Shown here: positions 9,567 through 19,330 of the stretch, piece by piece
How positions within the stretch are numbered: the stretch's first letter is position 1
Layout: each line of letters opens with the position of its first letter
NCBI GenBank assembly: GCA_963667785.2
Contig: CAXXMU010000002.1
Coordinates: 128,001 to 192,000 of the forward strand
Direction: 5' to 3'
DNA: 64,000 nucleotides
Origin: Alphaproteobacteria bacterium
GTDB taxonomy: Bacteria; Pseudomonadota; Alphaproteobacteria; UBA828
Translations under genes and position numbers: made by a program
The notes under the pieces: model-generated
The model's database searches: none
What the model saw: only the letters and a program-made list of their open reading frames with translations
Told to the model about the DNA's origin: nothing

Positions 9567-10613
9567 CTACATGGCGAGCTGGGCCAGTCCGGTCGCCTGG
9601 GTGCGCATCGAGTCGCGATCCGCATCGGGGAGCGGGATGAGTCCCTTGTCGGCGAGATAGCCGTAGGGTCCCCAAGCGTCCTCGTCGGTGAAGGTCGCAA
9701 TATACTCCTCGATTCCCGGAATCACGCCGACATGCGCCTTCTTTACGTAGAAGTACATTGAGCGGGAGACCGGATAGCTGCCGTCGGCGATGGTGTCGAA
9801 GTCGGGCTCGACGCCGTTGATGAGGCTGCCCTGGACCTTGTCGCGGTTCTGCTCGAGGAAGCTGTAGCCGAAGATCCCGAGCGCGCTGGGGTTGGCTTTC
9901 AGCTTCTGCACGATGAGATTGTCGTTCTCACCCGCCTCGACGAAGGCGCCGTCCTCGCGGATGGAGTGGCAGATGGCCTTGTACCGATTCTTGTCCTGCT
10001 TCTTCAGGGCCTTGATGTCGGGGAAGGTCTTGCAGCCCCCCTCCATGGCCAGCTCGACGAAGGCGTCCCGCGTGCCGGAGGTCGGCGGCGGCCCGAGCAC
10101 CTCGATCTTCTCCGCAGGCAGCGACGCATCGATGTCGCTCCAGCTCTGGTTGGGATTCGGCACCAACGCGCCGTCCTGAGGCACGTCCTTCGCCAGCGCG
10201 AGGAAGAGCTGCTGCAGGGTGATCGAGAACGGGGCGGTCGCCTTCGCGTTGGCGAGGACGATTCCGTCGTAGCCGATCATGACCTCGGTGATGCCGGTCA
10301 CGCCGTTCTCGGCGCAGCGCTCGACTTCCGAGGACTTGATCCGCCGGGAGGCGTTGGTGACGTCGGGATGAGCGACGCCGACTCCGGCGCAGAACAGCTT
10401 GAGACCGCCGCCCGAGCCCGTGCTCTCGACCACCGGGGTCTTGTTGTCCGTGGTCTTGCCGAATTCCTCGGCGACGGCGGTGGCGAAGGGGAACACGGTC
10501 GACGAGCCCACGATCCTGATCTGGTCGCGGGCCTCGGCGGCGTCGGTCAGCGCCACCGACGCGGTCAGCGCGAGAGCTGCCGCTGCGGCGAAGGCGAGGG
10601 GTGTCTTGGTCAC
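9567..10613 (-). CDS. pstS: Phosphate ABC transporter substrate-binding protein
   Basis: Signal peptide, IVGSSTVFPF, ESTGSGGG, NASR, SGTRDAF, YPVSR motifs; GTG start after GGAGG. Confidence 0.92.
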   Translation of the reverse strand: MTKTPLAFAAAAALALTASVALTDAAEARDQIRIVGSSTVFPFATAVAEEFGKTTDNKTPVVESTGSGGGLKLFCAGVGVAHPDVTNASRRIKSSEVERCAENGVTGITEVMIGYDGIVLANAKATAPFSITLQQLFLALAKDVPQDGALVPNPNQSWSDIDASLPAEKIEVLGPPPTSGTRDAFVELAMEGGCKTFPDIKALKKQDKNRYKAICHSIREDGAFVEAGENDNLIVQKLKANPSALGIFGYSFLEQNRDKVQGSLINGVEPDFDTIADGSYPVSRSMYFYVKKAHVGVIPGIEEYIATFTDEDAWGPYGYLADKGLIPLPDADRDSMRTQATGLAQLAM

Positions 10614-10709
10614 GGCGCTTCCTCCGGGTTGCATCGCATCCCGCCGGTCGTGGCCGCGCCGGCGCGGCCACCCGGGATGACGTGCGCAGGCTAGTCGCCG
10701 TGCGACGAT

Positions 10710-10733
10710 GGAAATGAGACGGAAATGTGACCG
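10710..10733 (-). promoter_or_regulatory. PHO-box-like 11-bp direct repeat upstream of pstS
   Basis: Minus strand CGGTCAC-ATTT-CCGTCTC-ATTT resembles the CTGTCAT-N4 repeats bound by PhoB; about 100 bp upstream of pstS. Confidence 0.6.
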
Positions 10734-10755
10734 TTCGTTGACTCGGGGCTCTGCG

Positions 10756-10783
10756 GCACCGCCCGCCCGCCTCGGGGCGGTGC
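10756..10783 (-). terminator. GC-rich hairpin after cupin gene
   Basis: GCACCGCCC/GGGCGGTGC inverted repeat right after the stop codon; no U-tract. Confidence 0.3.
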
Positions 10784-10784
10784 G

Positions 10785-11066
10785 CTACTTCATCTCGACT
10801 TCGATGAAGATCACGTCGTCCGTCTCGCTCGGGTTGATCACGTCGTGCTCGACTCCTTCGCCCCGGAAGTAAGGCGAGCCCGTCACGATCTCGATGGTGC
10901 GCTCGCCGTCGGGCTCCTTGAGGTGGAGCTGGCCCGTAGTCACCGGCACGACCACGTAGTCGTATTCATGCCGGTGCCAGCCGGTGGCCTCGCCGGGCCT
11001 GAAGCGCCACTCGGTGACGCGCACGCGCTCGTTGTCGATCAGCTGGGTTGGCGTCGCTGCGCCCAT
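10785..11066 (-). CDS. Cupin domain protein
   Basis: RVTEWRFRPGEATGWHRHEYDYVVVP and GVEHDVIN cupin motifs. Confidence 0.85.
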   Translation of the reverse strand: MGAATPTQLIDNERVRVTEWRFRPGEATGWHRHEYDYVVVPVTTGQLHLKEPDGERTIEIVTGSPYFRGEGVEHDVINPSETDDVIFIEVEMK

Positions 11067-11173
11067 GACCACCTCCGCCGCAAGGATCGTCCCTTCCCGC
11101 AGCGTCCCAGTTTAGAGGGCGCTCTGCAAGCCCGCGCCCGCGCGGGCCTCACGCTGCGCCGCGAAGAGCCGGC

Positions 11174-12277
11174 TCAGCTGTCGGCCTGTGCGGCCTGTAC
11201 CAGGGATGCCGGATCGACCGCGACGCTCTTGATCAGCGCGTAGACCTCCGCGCCGGGGGCGAGGGCGAGGCTGTCGGCGGAGCGCGCGGTGATCCGCGCC
11301 GTGAGCCGCGTGCCGATGTCCACCGCCACGTCCACCGAGGCGCCCCGTCGCGGTCCGATCTCCACTACCTGGCCGCGAAAGACGTTGAGCACGCTCGTCT
11401 CGCGCGGCTCGGCGGTTGCCAGCGACACGTCGCGTGCCCGCACGCGGACCCTGAGCCGCCGCCCGGGCTCGAGCCTGAGGCGCGGCACGCGCAGGGTGCC
11501 GCCCGGCACCGCGAGCTCCGACAGCCCGTAGGCCGCGTCGTGGCGCGCCACCACCGCGTCCAGCACCGCGCCGGCCGCGTCCGCGCCGGCCAGCGGGTCG
11601 AGATCGAGCCGCGCCATGATGTCGGCGGCGGGGCCCGCGGCGGCGACCCTGCCGTGCGCCATCACCACGATCGTGCCTGCGAGCCGCGCCACCTCGTCCA
11701 CGGCGTGGCTGACGTAGACGATCGGCACGCCGGTCTCGTCGCGCAGCCGCTCGATATGGTCCATGACCTGGGCTTTGCGGGGCAGGTCGAGCGCGGCCAG
11801 CGGCTCGTCCATGAGGAGCAGCTCCGGCTGTGCCATGAGCGCACGGCCCAGCGCCACCCGCTGGCGCTCGCCGCCGGAGAGCGTGCCGGGCCGGCGCTGC
11901 AGCAGCGCCTCCAGCCCGAGCAGCGCCACGACCCGCTCGAGCGTCGCGTGGCGTCGCTCCTTCGGCGCGAAGCGGCGGCCGTAAAGGAGGTTGCGGCGCA
12001 CGCTGAGGTGCGGGAAGAGCCGCCCATCCTGGAATACGTAGCCGATGCGACGGCGCTCCGGCTTGAGGTCGATCCCTGCTTCGGAATCGAAGAGGACGCG
12101 CTCGCCGAGCGCGATCCGCCCGGAGGCCGGCCGGACCAGGCCCGCGATGGCGTCGACCAGCGTCGTCTTGCCGGCGCCAGACGCGCCGAACAGAGCCACG
12201 ATGCCGTCGGTCTCGGCGGCAAAGGCCGCATCCAGCGCGAAGGCGCCCCGGGCGAGCCGTGCGCTGACCGTCAGCAT
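11174..12277 (-). CDS. modC: Molybdate ABC transporter ATP-binding protein
   Basis: Walker A GASGAGKT, LSGGERQR, C-terminal TOBE domains; follows modB. Confidence 0.95.
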   Translation of the reverse strand: MLTVSARLARGAFALDAAFAAETDGIVALFGASGAGKTTLVDAIAGLVRPASGRIALGERVLFDSEAGIDLKPERRRIGYVFQDGRLFPHLSVRRNLLYGRRFAPKERRHATLERVVALLGLEALLQRRPGTLSGGERQRVALGRALMAQPELLLMDEPLAALDLPRKAQVMDHIERLRDETGVPIVYVSHAVDEVARLAGTIVVMAHGRVAAAGPAADIMARLDLDPLAGADAAGAVLDAVVARHDAAYGLSELAVPGGTLRVPRLRLEPGRRLRVRVRARDVSLATAEPRETSVLNVFRGQVVEIGPRRGASVDVAVDIGTRLTARITARSADSLALAPGAEVYALIKSVAVDPASLVQAAQADS

Positions 12278-12966
12278 CACCCCTCCAGCCGGCGCTTCAG
12301 CATACGGGCGAGCAGCTCGGAGCCGAGCAGCGCGGCAAAGGCGATGACGATGGCGATCACCATCAGGCGGAAGGCGCCGTCCAGCCCGCCCGGCACCTGG
12401 GTGTAGGTGTAGAGCGCCAGCGGCAGCGTCCGGGTCTCGCCGGGAATGTTGGAGACGAAGGTGATGGTGGCGCCGAACTCGCCGAGGCAGCGGGCGAAGG
12501 CGAGGATGACGCCGGTCAGCACGCCCGGCAGCATCAGCGGCAGGCTGACGGTCGCGAACACCCAGAGCGGCGGGGCGCCGAGGGTGCGGGCCGCGGTCTC
12601 CAGCCGCCGGTCCGTGCCTTCGATCGAGAGCCGAATGGCGCGCACCATGAGGGGGAAGGAGACCACCGCCGCGGCCACCGCAGCGCCCTGCCAGGTGAAG
12701 GCCAGCGTGATGCCGAACCAGTCGTCGAGCCAGGCGCCGAGCGGCCCCTGCCTGCCGAGCAGCAGCAGCAGCACGAAGCCCACCACCACCGGCGGCAGCA
12801 GCAGCGGCAGGTGGACGATGCCGTTGAGCAGCGAGTGGCCGGGGAAGCGGTGCCGCGCCAGCAGCCAGGCGACGGCGATCCCGAGCGGCAGGCTCACCAG
12901 AACCGCCCAGCCTGCCACCCGCAGGCTGAGCGTGATCGCTTCGACCTCGAGCGGCGTCAGGGCCAT
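12277..12966 (-). CDS. modB: Molybdate ABC transporter permease
   Basis: LPLLLPPVVVG, FARCLGEFGATITF..NIPGET motifs. Confidence 0.95.
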   Translation of the reverse strand: MALTPLEVEAITLSLRVAGWAVLVSLPLGIAVAWLLARHRFPGHSLLNGIVHLPLLLPPVVVGFVLLLLLGRQGPLGAWLDDWFGITLAFTWQGAAVAAAVVSFPLMVRAIRLSIEGTDRRLETAARTLGAPPLWVFATVSLPLMLPGVLTGVILAFARCLGEFGATITFVSNIPGETRTLPLALYTYTQVPGGLDGAFRLMVIAIVIAFAALLGSELLARMLKRRLEG

Positions 12967-12970
12967 CGTC

Positions 12971-13771
12971 TCAGTCCACGATGAAGCCGGCGCGCGCGAA
13001 CGCCGCGCGACCCTCCGGCCCGGTGAGGAAGGCGAAGAAGCGCGCGGCCAGCGGCGAGGGGCGGTCGCTCAGGAGGGCGACGGGATAGACGATGGGCTCG
13101 TGCAACGCCGGCGGCACCGTCGCGACGATGCGCACGCCCTCGATCCGCCCGACGTCCGTGGCGTAGACGATGCCGAGCGGCGCCTCGCCGCGCGCAACCA
13201 GCGCAAGCGCGGCACGCACGTCGGCGGTCGGCGCGAGGCGGTCGCTCACGGCGGGCCAGAGGCCGAGCGCCTCCAGCGCCTGCCTCGCGTAGATCCCGGC
13301 CGGGACGTGGGCGGGGTCGCCGATGGCGAGCCGCCTGCCAGCGAGCAGCGCGGCGATGTCCAGCGACGGTGACGGCGTGAACGGCGCGATGTCTTCGCGG
13401 CCCGAGACGAACACCAGGCGATTGCCGGCGAGCGGCCGTCGGCTGCCGAGCTCGATCAGGCCCTGCGCCTCCACGTGGTCCATCCACGCCGCGTTGGCCG
13501 CGAGGAAGACGTGGGCCGGCGCGCCGCTTTCGATCTGCCGTGCGAGCGCCGAGGTGCCGGCATAGGATGCCACGACCCTGCCCTCCGGCCCGGCATCGAA
13601 GGCGCCGATGACCGCGTCAACCACATGCGCCGTGCTCGCCGCCGCGAGCACCACCACCCGCTCCTCGGCCGCCGCCGGGCCTGCCCAGCAGCAGGCGAGA
13701 AGCGTGGCCAGCGCCAGCGCCCGCAGCGCCCGCCACCGGCGTCGCCGCCGGTGGCGCCCTCGATCCCACAC
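12971..13771 (-). CDS. modA: Molybdate ABC transporter substrate-binding protein
   Basis: Signal peptide, AAAST, LARQIESGAPA, VPAGIYA, GIVYATD; start codon uncertain. Confidence 0.92.
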   Translation of the reverse strand: MWDRGRHRRRRRWRALRALALATLLACCWAGPAAAEERVVVLAAASTAHVVDAVIGAFDAGPEGRVVASYAGTSALARQIESGAPAHVFLAANAAWMDHVEAQGLIELGSRRPLAGNRLVFVSGREDIAPFTPSPSLDIAALLAGRRLAIGDPAHVPAGIYARQALEALGLWPAVSDRLAPTADVRAALALVARGEAPLGIVYATDVGRIEGVRIVATVPPALHEPIVYPVALLSDRPSPLAARFFAFLTGPEGRAAFARAGFIVD

Positions 13772-13998
13772 GTCGCGCGTCGCGACCCCCGCAGGGCTCG
13801 CGCCTCCTCCTCGTCTTCTGCTGCTTGAGGCGGATGCCAGACGTGGAACGAGCGCTCCCGCACCTCCACGGCGCCTCGACCGTTTGCCGACGGGGGCCGA
13901 CCGTTCCGTCGTTCGGGCGGCTGCTCGACCCAGCGGGGCCGCGTCGGCGAGGCGACTGTAGCGCCGGGCCAGGCCGTGCGCAACGCGCGAGCGGGCCG

Positions 13999-14463
13999 TC
14001 AGGCCTGGGGGAAGCCGGTGGGGCGGGTGCCGTGGGCGTCCGCGTCTGCGGCGGTGCCGGGATTGCTGTAGTAGATGGTCATGTCGCGGATCAGCCCGCC
14101 CCGGCAGCGGAAGAAGTTGCAGTTGCGCAGGCGCTGCACGCCGGCGTCGCGATAGGCAGACTCGGGCTTCGGCGTCAGGGTGACGAGAAAGGTCGCGGCG
14201 CAGCGCTCGTTCGCCTCGTCCACATAGTGGACGAACTCGGTGAACCGGGCCTCGTAGTTCGCGAGCAGATGCTGGAAGAAGCGGGGCAGCGGCGTCTCGC
14301 CGGGGCCGGGCGCCGCCTTGAAGACGCGGGGCTCCGCGTCGCCGTGATAGATCGTCACCTGCGCATCGGCGGTGAAGCAGGCCACGACCGCCGGGATGTC
14401 GGCGCGGGTGACATTGCCGAAATAGCGCCGCTCCACCAGGTCGACGTAGTCGTCTCTCGTCAT
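13999..14463 (-). CDS. NTF2/SnoaL-like protein
   Basis: VERRYF..V...DI..V.ACFT.DA and CNFFRCRGGLIRDM pattern typical of the SnoaL fold. Confidence 0.7.
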   Translation of the reverse strand: MTRDDYVDLVERRYFGNVTRADIPAVVACFTADAQVTIYHGDAEPRVFKAAPGPGETPLPRFFQHLLANYEARFTEFVHYVDEANERCAATFLVTLTPKPESAYRDAGVQRLRNCNFFRCRGGLIRDMTIYYSNPGTAADADAHGTRPTGFPQA

Positions 14464-14490
14464 CGCGCGCCGCTCCGGCTTGCCGCCACG

Positions 14491-14820
14491 CTAGAGCAGG
14501 ATTTCGACGAAGCCGAGGGCGATGAACACGGCGATGATCAAGATCGCGCCGACGATGGCGGTGACGCGCACCACGCGGTGCACCGGATTCTGGGTGTTGG
14601 CGAACGGGATGAGGTTGAAGAGCAGCCCCCCGGCCACGACCATGATGCAGCCGGCCGAGAAGAGTGGCCGGTAAACGGGCTGGAAGATGAAGACGAGGGC
14701 GAGCAGGCAGAGCGCGATGATCGCGAGCACGATCAGCCGCGCCGTGCGCCGCGACATGTTGGGCCGCGCAGGCTTCTCCGGCGCCGGCGCTTCCTGGGGC
14801 TCCACCTGTGCGTCACTCAT
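14491..14820 (-). CDS. Small membrane protein (3 predicted TM) of ABC operon
   Basis: Three hydrophobic segments; ATGA overlap with upstream ATPase. Confidence 0.7.
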   Translation of the reverse strand: MSDAQVEPQEAPAPEKPARPNMSRRTARLIVLAIIALCLLALVFIFQPVYRPLFSAGCIMVVAGGLLFNLIPFANTQNPVHRVVRVTAIVGAILIIAVFIALGFVEILL

Positions 14821-15917
14821 GACGCGATCCTCACGCCGTCATGGTCGAAGAGGTGCACCTGGCCCGGGATTGGCGCCGCGTGCAGCGTGTCGCCCACCCG
14901 GACCGGGTGGCCGCGACTCGTCACCACGCGCAGGTCGTTCTCGCCGATTCGGAGGTGGGTCAGCGTCTCGGCGCCCATGGGCTCGATCAGGTCGACCCGG
15001 CCGGAGATCGTGGCCGGGCCCGCCTCGGGCACGGGCGCGAGGCCGCGCGGGCGCACGCCAACGGTGAGCGGGGCGTTGCGCCGTGCGACGACGCTCTGCA
15101 GGGAGACCTCCGCGTGCAGCGGCAGCACCACCTCCTGCCCCAGCATGTTCACGGTCGCGGTGTCCTCGTCGGCGTCGATGACGTTCGCCTCGATCAGGTT
15201 CATCTGCGGCGTGCCGATGAAGCCCGCGACGAAGACGTTGGCGGGCTTCGCGAAGATGTCGTGCGGGCTGGCCACCTGCTCGATGATGCCGTCGCGCATG
15301 ACCGCGATGCGATCGGCGATGGTGAGCGCCTCGATCTGGTCGTGGGTCACGATCACGGTGGCCTTGTGCAGCCCGTTCAGGAGCTGCTTGATCTGCCCGC
15401 GCATCTCCTGGCGCACGGCGATGTCGAGGCGGCTGAGCGGCTCGTCGAAGAGGAAGCACTGCGGGTCGCGGATGATCGCGCGGCCCACGGCGACCCGCTG
15501 CTTCTCGCCCTCGGCCAGCCGGCCGGGAACCCGCCCCAGGGCGTGGGAGAGGTCGAGGAGGCCGGCGATCTCGCGCACCCGGCGGTCGATCTCGTCCGTG
15601 GTGATGCGCTCGGCATGGAGCGGGAAGGCCAGGTTCTCGGCCACCGTCAGGCTCGGATAGAGCGCGTAGAACTGGAACACCATGGCGATGTCGCGCTCGG
15701 CCGGCGCGAGGTCGTTGACCCGCGTGCCGGCGATGTGGATGTCGCCCGCCGTCACGTCCTCGAGGCCGGCGATCATACGCAGCGTCGTGGTCTTGCCGCA
15801 GCCGGACGGGCCCAGCAGGCACACCACCTCGCCGCCCTCCACGTCGAGATCGATGTCGTCGACCGCAGCCAGCGAGCCGAAGCGCTTGGTCAGGTTGCGG
15901 AGCTCGATATCGGCCAT
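14817..15917 (-). CDS. CUT1 (MalK-like) ABC ATP-binding protein with degenerate signature
   Basis: GPSGCGKT, FLFDEP, VTHDQ, signature reads LAEGE; TOBE tail. Confidence 0.93.
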   Translation of the reverse strand: MADIELRNLTKRFGSLAAVDDIDLDVEGGEVVCLLGPSGCGKTTTLRMIAGLEDVTAGDIHIAGTRVNDLAPAERDIAMVFQFYALYPSLTVAENLAFPLHAERITTDEIDRRVREIAGLLDLSHALGRVPGRLAEGEKQRVAVGRAIIRDPQCFLFDEPLSRLDIAVRQEMRGQIKQLLNGLHKATVIVTHDQIEALTIADRIAVMRDGIIEQVASPHDIFAKPANVFVAGFIGTPQMNLIEANVIDADEDTATVNMLGQEVVLPLHAEVSLQSVVARRNAPLTVGVRPRGLAPVPEAGPATISGRVDLIEPMGAETLTHLRIGENDLRVVTSRGHPVRVGDTLHAAPIPGQVHLFDHDGVRIAS

Positions 15918-15924
15918 GGGTCCG

Positions 15925-16794
15925 CTACCGCCTGATCGTGCCGAAGGTGACGCCGCGCAGAAGCTGGTTCTGCAGCAGGAAGGTCACGATCACCACAGGG
16001 ATCAGGAAGAGCGTCTCGATCGCCGCCAGCAGCCCCCAGCGCACGCCGATGTCGCCGCCGATGGTCTGCGCCATGGCGACCGGCACCGTGCGCGTGTCGC
16101 GGCCCGTGAGCAGGAGGGCGAAGAGGAACTCGTTCCAGGTGAGGATGAGGCCGAAGACGGCGGTCGCCGCGATGCCCGCCTTCACCTGCGGCAGGCAGAT
16201 GCGGAAGAAGATCTTCGTCTCCGAGCTGCCGTCCATGCGTGCGGCATCCTCCACCTCGCGCGGTATCTCGTCGAAGAAGCTCTTCATCATCCAGATGGTG
16301 AAGGGCAGGTTGAAGGCGGCATAGAGCAGGATGATGCCGACATAGCTGCCGCTGAGCCCGCTCAGGCGGAACATGATGAAGATCGGGATGATGACGATGA
16401 TCGGCGGCAGCATCCGGGTCGTGAGGATGATGAAGAGGTAGGTCTCGTTGCCCTTGAGCGGCCAGCGCGAGAAGCCGTAGGCCGCGACTGTGCCGATGAT
16501 GAGCGCGACCCCGACCGAAGCGCCGGCGATGAAGATGCTGTTGAAGAAGAAGAGGTCGAAGTGGGTGTCCACCGTCGCGCCGCCGCGCTCGTAGGCGCGG
16601 GCGAAGACGTTGGCGAAGTTCTCCAGCGTCGGCGTGAAGATGAACTTGGGCGGGGTGGACAGCGCGTCGGTGTGGGACTTGAACGCGGTCAGGATGATCC
16701 ACAGCACCGGGAAGAAGTAGATGAAGCTGATGACGGTCGAGAACGCGGTCCGCCGCCAGCCTGCCTTGCCGATCTCGCGCCGTTTGCGGGCCAT
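15925..16794 (-). CDS. Carbohydrate ABC transporter permease (MalG-like)
   Basis: EDAARMDG EAA loop, WNEFLFAL. Confidence 0.93.
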   Translation of the reverse strand: MARKRREIGKAGWRRTAFSTVISFIYFFPVLWIILTAFKSHTDALSTPPKFIFTPTLENFANVFARAYERGGATVDTHFDLFFFNSIFIAGASVGVALIIGTVAAYGFSRWPLKGNETYLFIILTTRMLPPIIVIIPIFIMFRLSGLSGSYVGIILLYAAFNLPFTIWMMKSFFDEIPREVEDAARMDGSSETKIFFRICLPQVKAGIAATAVFGLILTWNEFLFALLLTGRDTRTVPVAMAQTIGGDIGVRWGLLAAIETLFLIPVVIVTFLLQNQLLRGVTFGTIRR

Positions 16795-16797
16795 GGC

Positions 16798-17715
16798 CTA
16801 CTGCTCCTCCACGTCCCGTCGCCTGACGAAGAAGAGATAGAGGTTGGTCAGCACGATCACCACGAAGAGCAGGATATAGCCGAGAGCCGCCGACTGGCTG
16901 GTCTTGAAGTACTGGAAGGCCACCCGATAGACATAGACGGCGATCGTCTCCGTCGAGGTTCCCGGCCCGCCCTCGGTGATCAGGAACACGATGTCGAACA
17001 GCTTGAACGCCTCGATGGTACGGAAGAGGATCGCCAGCAACAACAGGCCCCGGATGTAGGGGAAGGTGATCGTCCAGAAGCGCCGCCACCAGGAGGCGCG
17101 GTCGATCTCGGCGGCCTCGTAGAGGTGCTTCGGCACGCTGACGAGGCCGGCCAGCACCAGCAGCATCACGAAGGGCGACCACATCCAGACGTCGGCGAAG
17201 ATAATGCCGGCGAGCGCGCCCACCTCGGAGCCCAGCAGGATGAAGGGCTCGCCGGTGACCGCCTTCACCGCTTGGCTGAGCAAGCCGAAGGTCGGCTCGT
17301 AGTAGTAGCGGAAGAAGGCGCCGACCGCGACGAAGCTCAGCATCATCGGCGTCAGCACCAGCATGAGCAGCACGCGGCGGCCGGGGAATGTCTTCTCGAA
17401 GAGGAGCGCCAGCAGAAAGCCCACCACGAGCTGCAGCAGCACGTCGACCGTCACCACGATGGCCGTGGTCTGGAAGCGCTCCCAGACCACCGGGTCGGTA
17501 AGCACCTTCTCGTAGTTCTTGAACCAGACGAACTCCGGTTCCTTCACGCGGTTCGCCCGGTAGCGATAGAAGCTCAGGCCGAACGACCAGAGCAGCGGAA
17601 AGATGTTCATGATGACGAGCACGGCGAGCGCGGGCGAGACCAGGAGCGGCCCGCGGTTGCGCTCGAAAAAGCGCTCCAGCAGCGTGCCGTGCTCAGCGTG
17701 ATAGGTGGCGGCCAT
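16798..17715 (-). CDS. Carbohydrate ABC transporter permease (MalF-like)
   Basis: YEAAEIDRA EAA loop, TEGGPG.STET. Confidence 0.93.
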   Translation of the reverse strand: MAATYHAEHGTLLERFFERNRGPLLVSPALAVLVIMNIFPLLWSFGLSFYRYRANRVKEPEFVWFKNYEKVLTDPVVWERFQTTAIVVTVDVLLQLVVGFLLALLFEKTFPGRRVLLMLVLTPMMLSFVAVGAFFRYYYEPTFGLLSQAVKAVTGEPFILLGSEVGALAGIIFADVWMWSPFVMLLVLAGLVSVPKHLYEAAEIDRASWWRRFWTITFPYIRGLLLLAILFRTIEAFKLFDIVFLITEGGPGTSTETIAVYVYRVAFQYFKTSQSAALGYILLFVVIVLTNLYLFFVRRRDVEEQ

Positions 17716-17762
17716 GCTTCAGGGGCCGGTCAAGCTCTGTGTCCGGGGAACCGGCGGGACGG

Positions 17763-17794
17763 AAAGGGGGCGGCGCCGGCGCGGCGCCGCCCCC
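17763..17794 (-). terminator. Perfect 13-bp stem-loop after solute-binding gene (terminator or mRNA stabiliser)
   Basis: GGGGGCGGCGCCG-gcg-CGGCGCCGCCCCC, followed by TTT on the minus strand. Confidence 0.6.
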
Positions 17795-17810
17795 GATACC
17801 GCCTCGATCG

Positions 17811-19241
17811 CTACTCGATGCGTCCTACGTCGCGCAGGAGCTCATCCTGGAAGACGGCGATGCTGTCGAGCGCCTCCTTGGCGGAGATCTGCCCGGTAAT
17901 CGCCTTGTCGAACTCCTCCTGCTGCTGCACCAGCAGCTCGAAGAACTCGGGGATGTGCCAGACGTCCCTCTGCCAGTCGAGGCTGGGGCCGAAGGCGTGG
18001 TTCCACGGCCGGTACTCCATGTACTCGGGCGTCGAATAAACGCTCTTCAGGCCGCTCTGGCCGCCGCGCGAGGCGAACTCGTGCTGCACCGGAGTCGACA
18101 GCCACCACTTGCAGAAGTCCAGCGCCTCCTGGACGACCGTGTCGCTGTTCCAGGTGGTCAGCACGAAGGGCTGCCCGCCGATGTTGGACCAGCGCACGAT
18201 CTCGTCACCCACCAGCAGGCCCGGCATCTTCGCGAAGTTGACCCTGTCATGGACCTTCGAGAATTCCGGCGAGATCGCCGATTCGCCGAAGCCGATCCAC
18301 TGGATGATCCAGGCGACCTTGCCCTCGCGGAACAGCTCGTCGACCTTGAAGATGTCCATGGTGCCGGTCTGGACCACCGGCGGCATGTGCTCGGTCAGCG
18401 AGAGATAGTGCTCGAACGCCTCGACGGCGACGTCGGAGTTCACGACGCCAAGCGCCTGGCCCTCGGGCTCCATGGTCTCGTCCCAGATGCTGCCGCCGTG
18501 CTGCCAGATGAAGCCGTTGATCTGCATGCTGGAGAAGTCGTAGCCCTTGCCGGCCTGGTAGGCGATTCCGTAGAAATCGTCGTTCAGGGTCTCGCCGCCC
18601 AGCGAGTCGCCGGAACTGCGGCGGAAGAACTCGCCGAAGTCGGCCACCTGGCCCCAATGGACTTCGTTCTGCGCCTCGGGCGAGCACGGCAGGTCGTAGC
18701 CGTACTTCTCCTTGAACGCCGCCATCTCGCCTTCATGGCAGAACAGATCCTCGCGGTAGTAGACCACCAGCACGTCCGGCATCTGCGGGAAGCCGTAGTA
18801 GTTCTCCGTGCGATGCGGATAGGTGGAATAGGACGCGACGAGGTTGGGATGCAGGTCCTCGAAGACCGCCTGCAGGCCCGGGTCGGCATCGATGAAGTCG
18901 TTGATCTTCATGTAGTAGCCGCCCTCGATGTTGGCGCCCAGCCACTGGCTGTCGCTGACCGCCATCTGGTACTTCTCCTCGCCCGAGGTCAGCGAGGCCG
19001 CGAGCCGCGTGTAGTAGTCCGGCCACGGGATGAAGTCGATCACGAGCTTCACGTTGTTGCCGCTCGGCGCCTTGTAGCTCGCGTTCGCCATGTCCTGCAT
19101 GATGCGCGTCGGCGGCCAGTCGGGCGCTGCCATGTTGATGGTGATGTCCTCGGCCTGGGCGGGGCCGCCCCACATGGCCGAGCCGACCAGCGCCATCGCA
19201 CCGGCAAGCAGGGCCGCCTTGCCCTTCGTCATGAGTCTCAT
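17811..19241 (-). CDS. Extracellular solute-binding protein (family 1)
   Basis: Signal peptide (AQA), YYREDLF, in CUT1 operon. Confidence 0.9.
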   Translation of the reverse strand: MRLMTKGKAALLAGAMALVGSAMWGGPAQAEDITINMAAPDWPPTRIMQDMANASYKAPSGNNVKLVIDFIPWPDYYTRLAASLTSGEEKYQMAVSDSQWLGANIEGGYYMKINDFIDADPGLQAVFEDLHPNLVASYSTYPHRTENYYGFPQMPDVLVVYYREDLFCHEGEMAAFKEKYGYDLPCSPEAQNEVHWGQVADFGEFFRRSSGDSLGGETLNDDFYGIAYQAGKGYDFSSMQINGFIWQHGGSIWDETMEPEGQALGVVNSDVAVEAFEHYLSLTEHMPPVVQTGTMDIFKVDELFREGKVAWIIQWIGFGESAISPEFSKVHDRVNFAKMPGLLVGDEIVRWSNIGGQPFVLTTWNSDTVVQEALDFCKWWLSTPVQHEFASRGGQSGLKSVYSTPEYMEYRPWNHAFGPSLDWQRDVWHIPEFFELLVQQQEEFDKAITGQISAKEALDSIAVFQDELLRDVGRIE

Positions 19242-19330
19242 GCTCGTCTCCCTTTTCGGTCTCCTCGCGAACCGCGGCGTTGCCTGCCGTCGATCATGTC
19301 GGCCGGCCGCTCCGGCGTGCGCGCCGCATC

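Noticed and set aside
13772-13998. Moco riboswitch or ModE box upstream of modA
   Set aside because: No recognisable consensus by eye; needs a covariance-model search.
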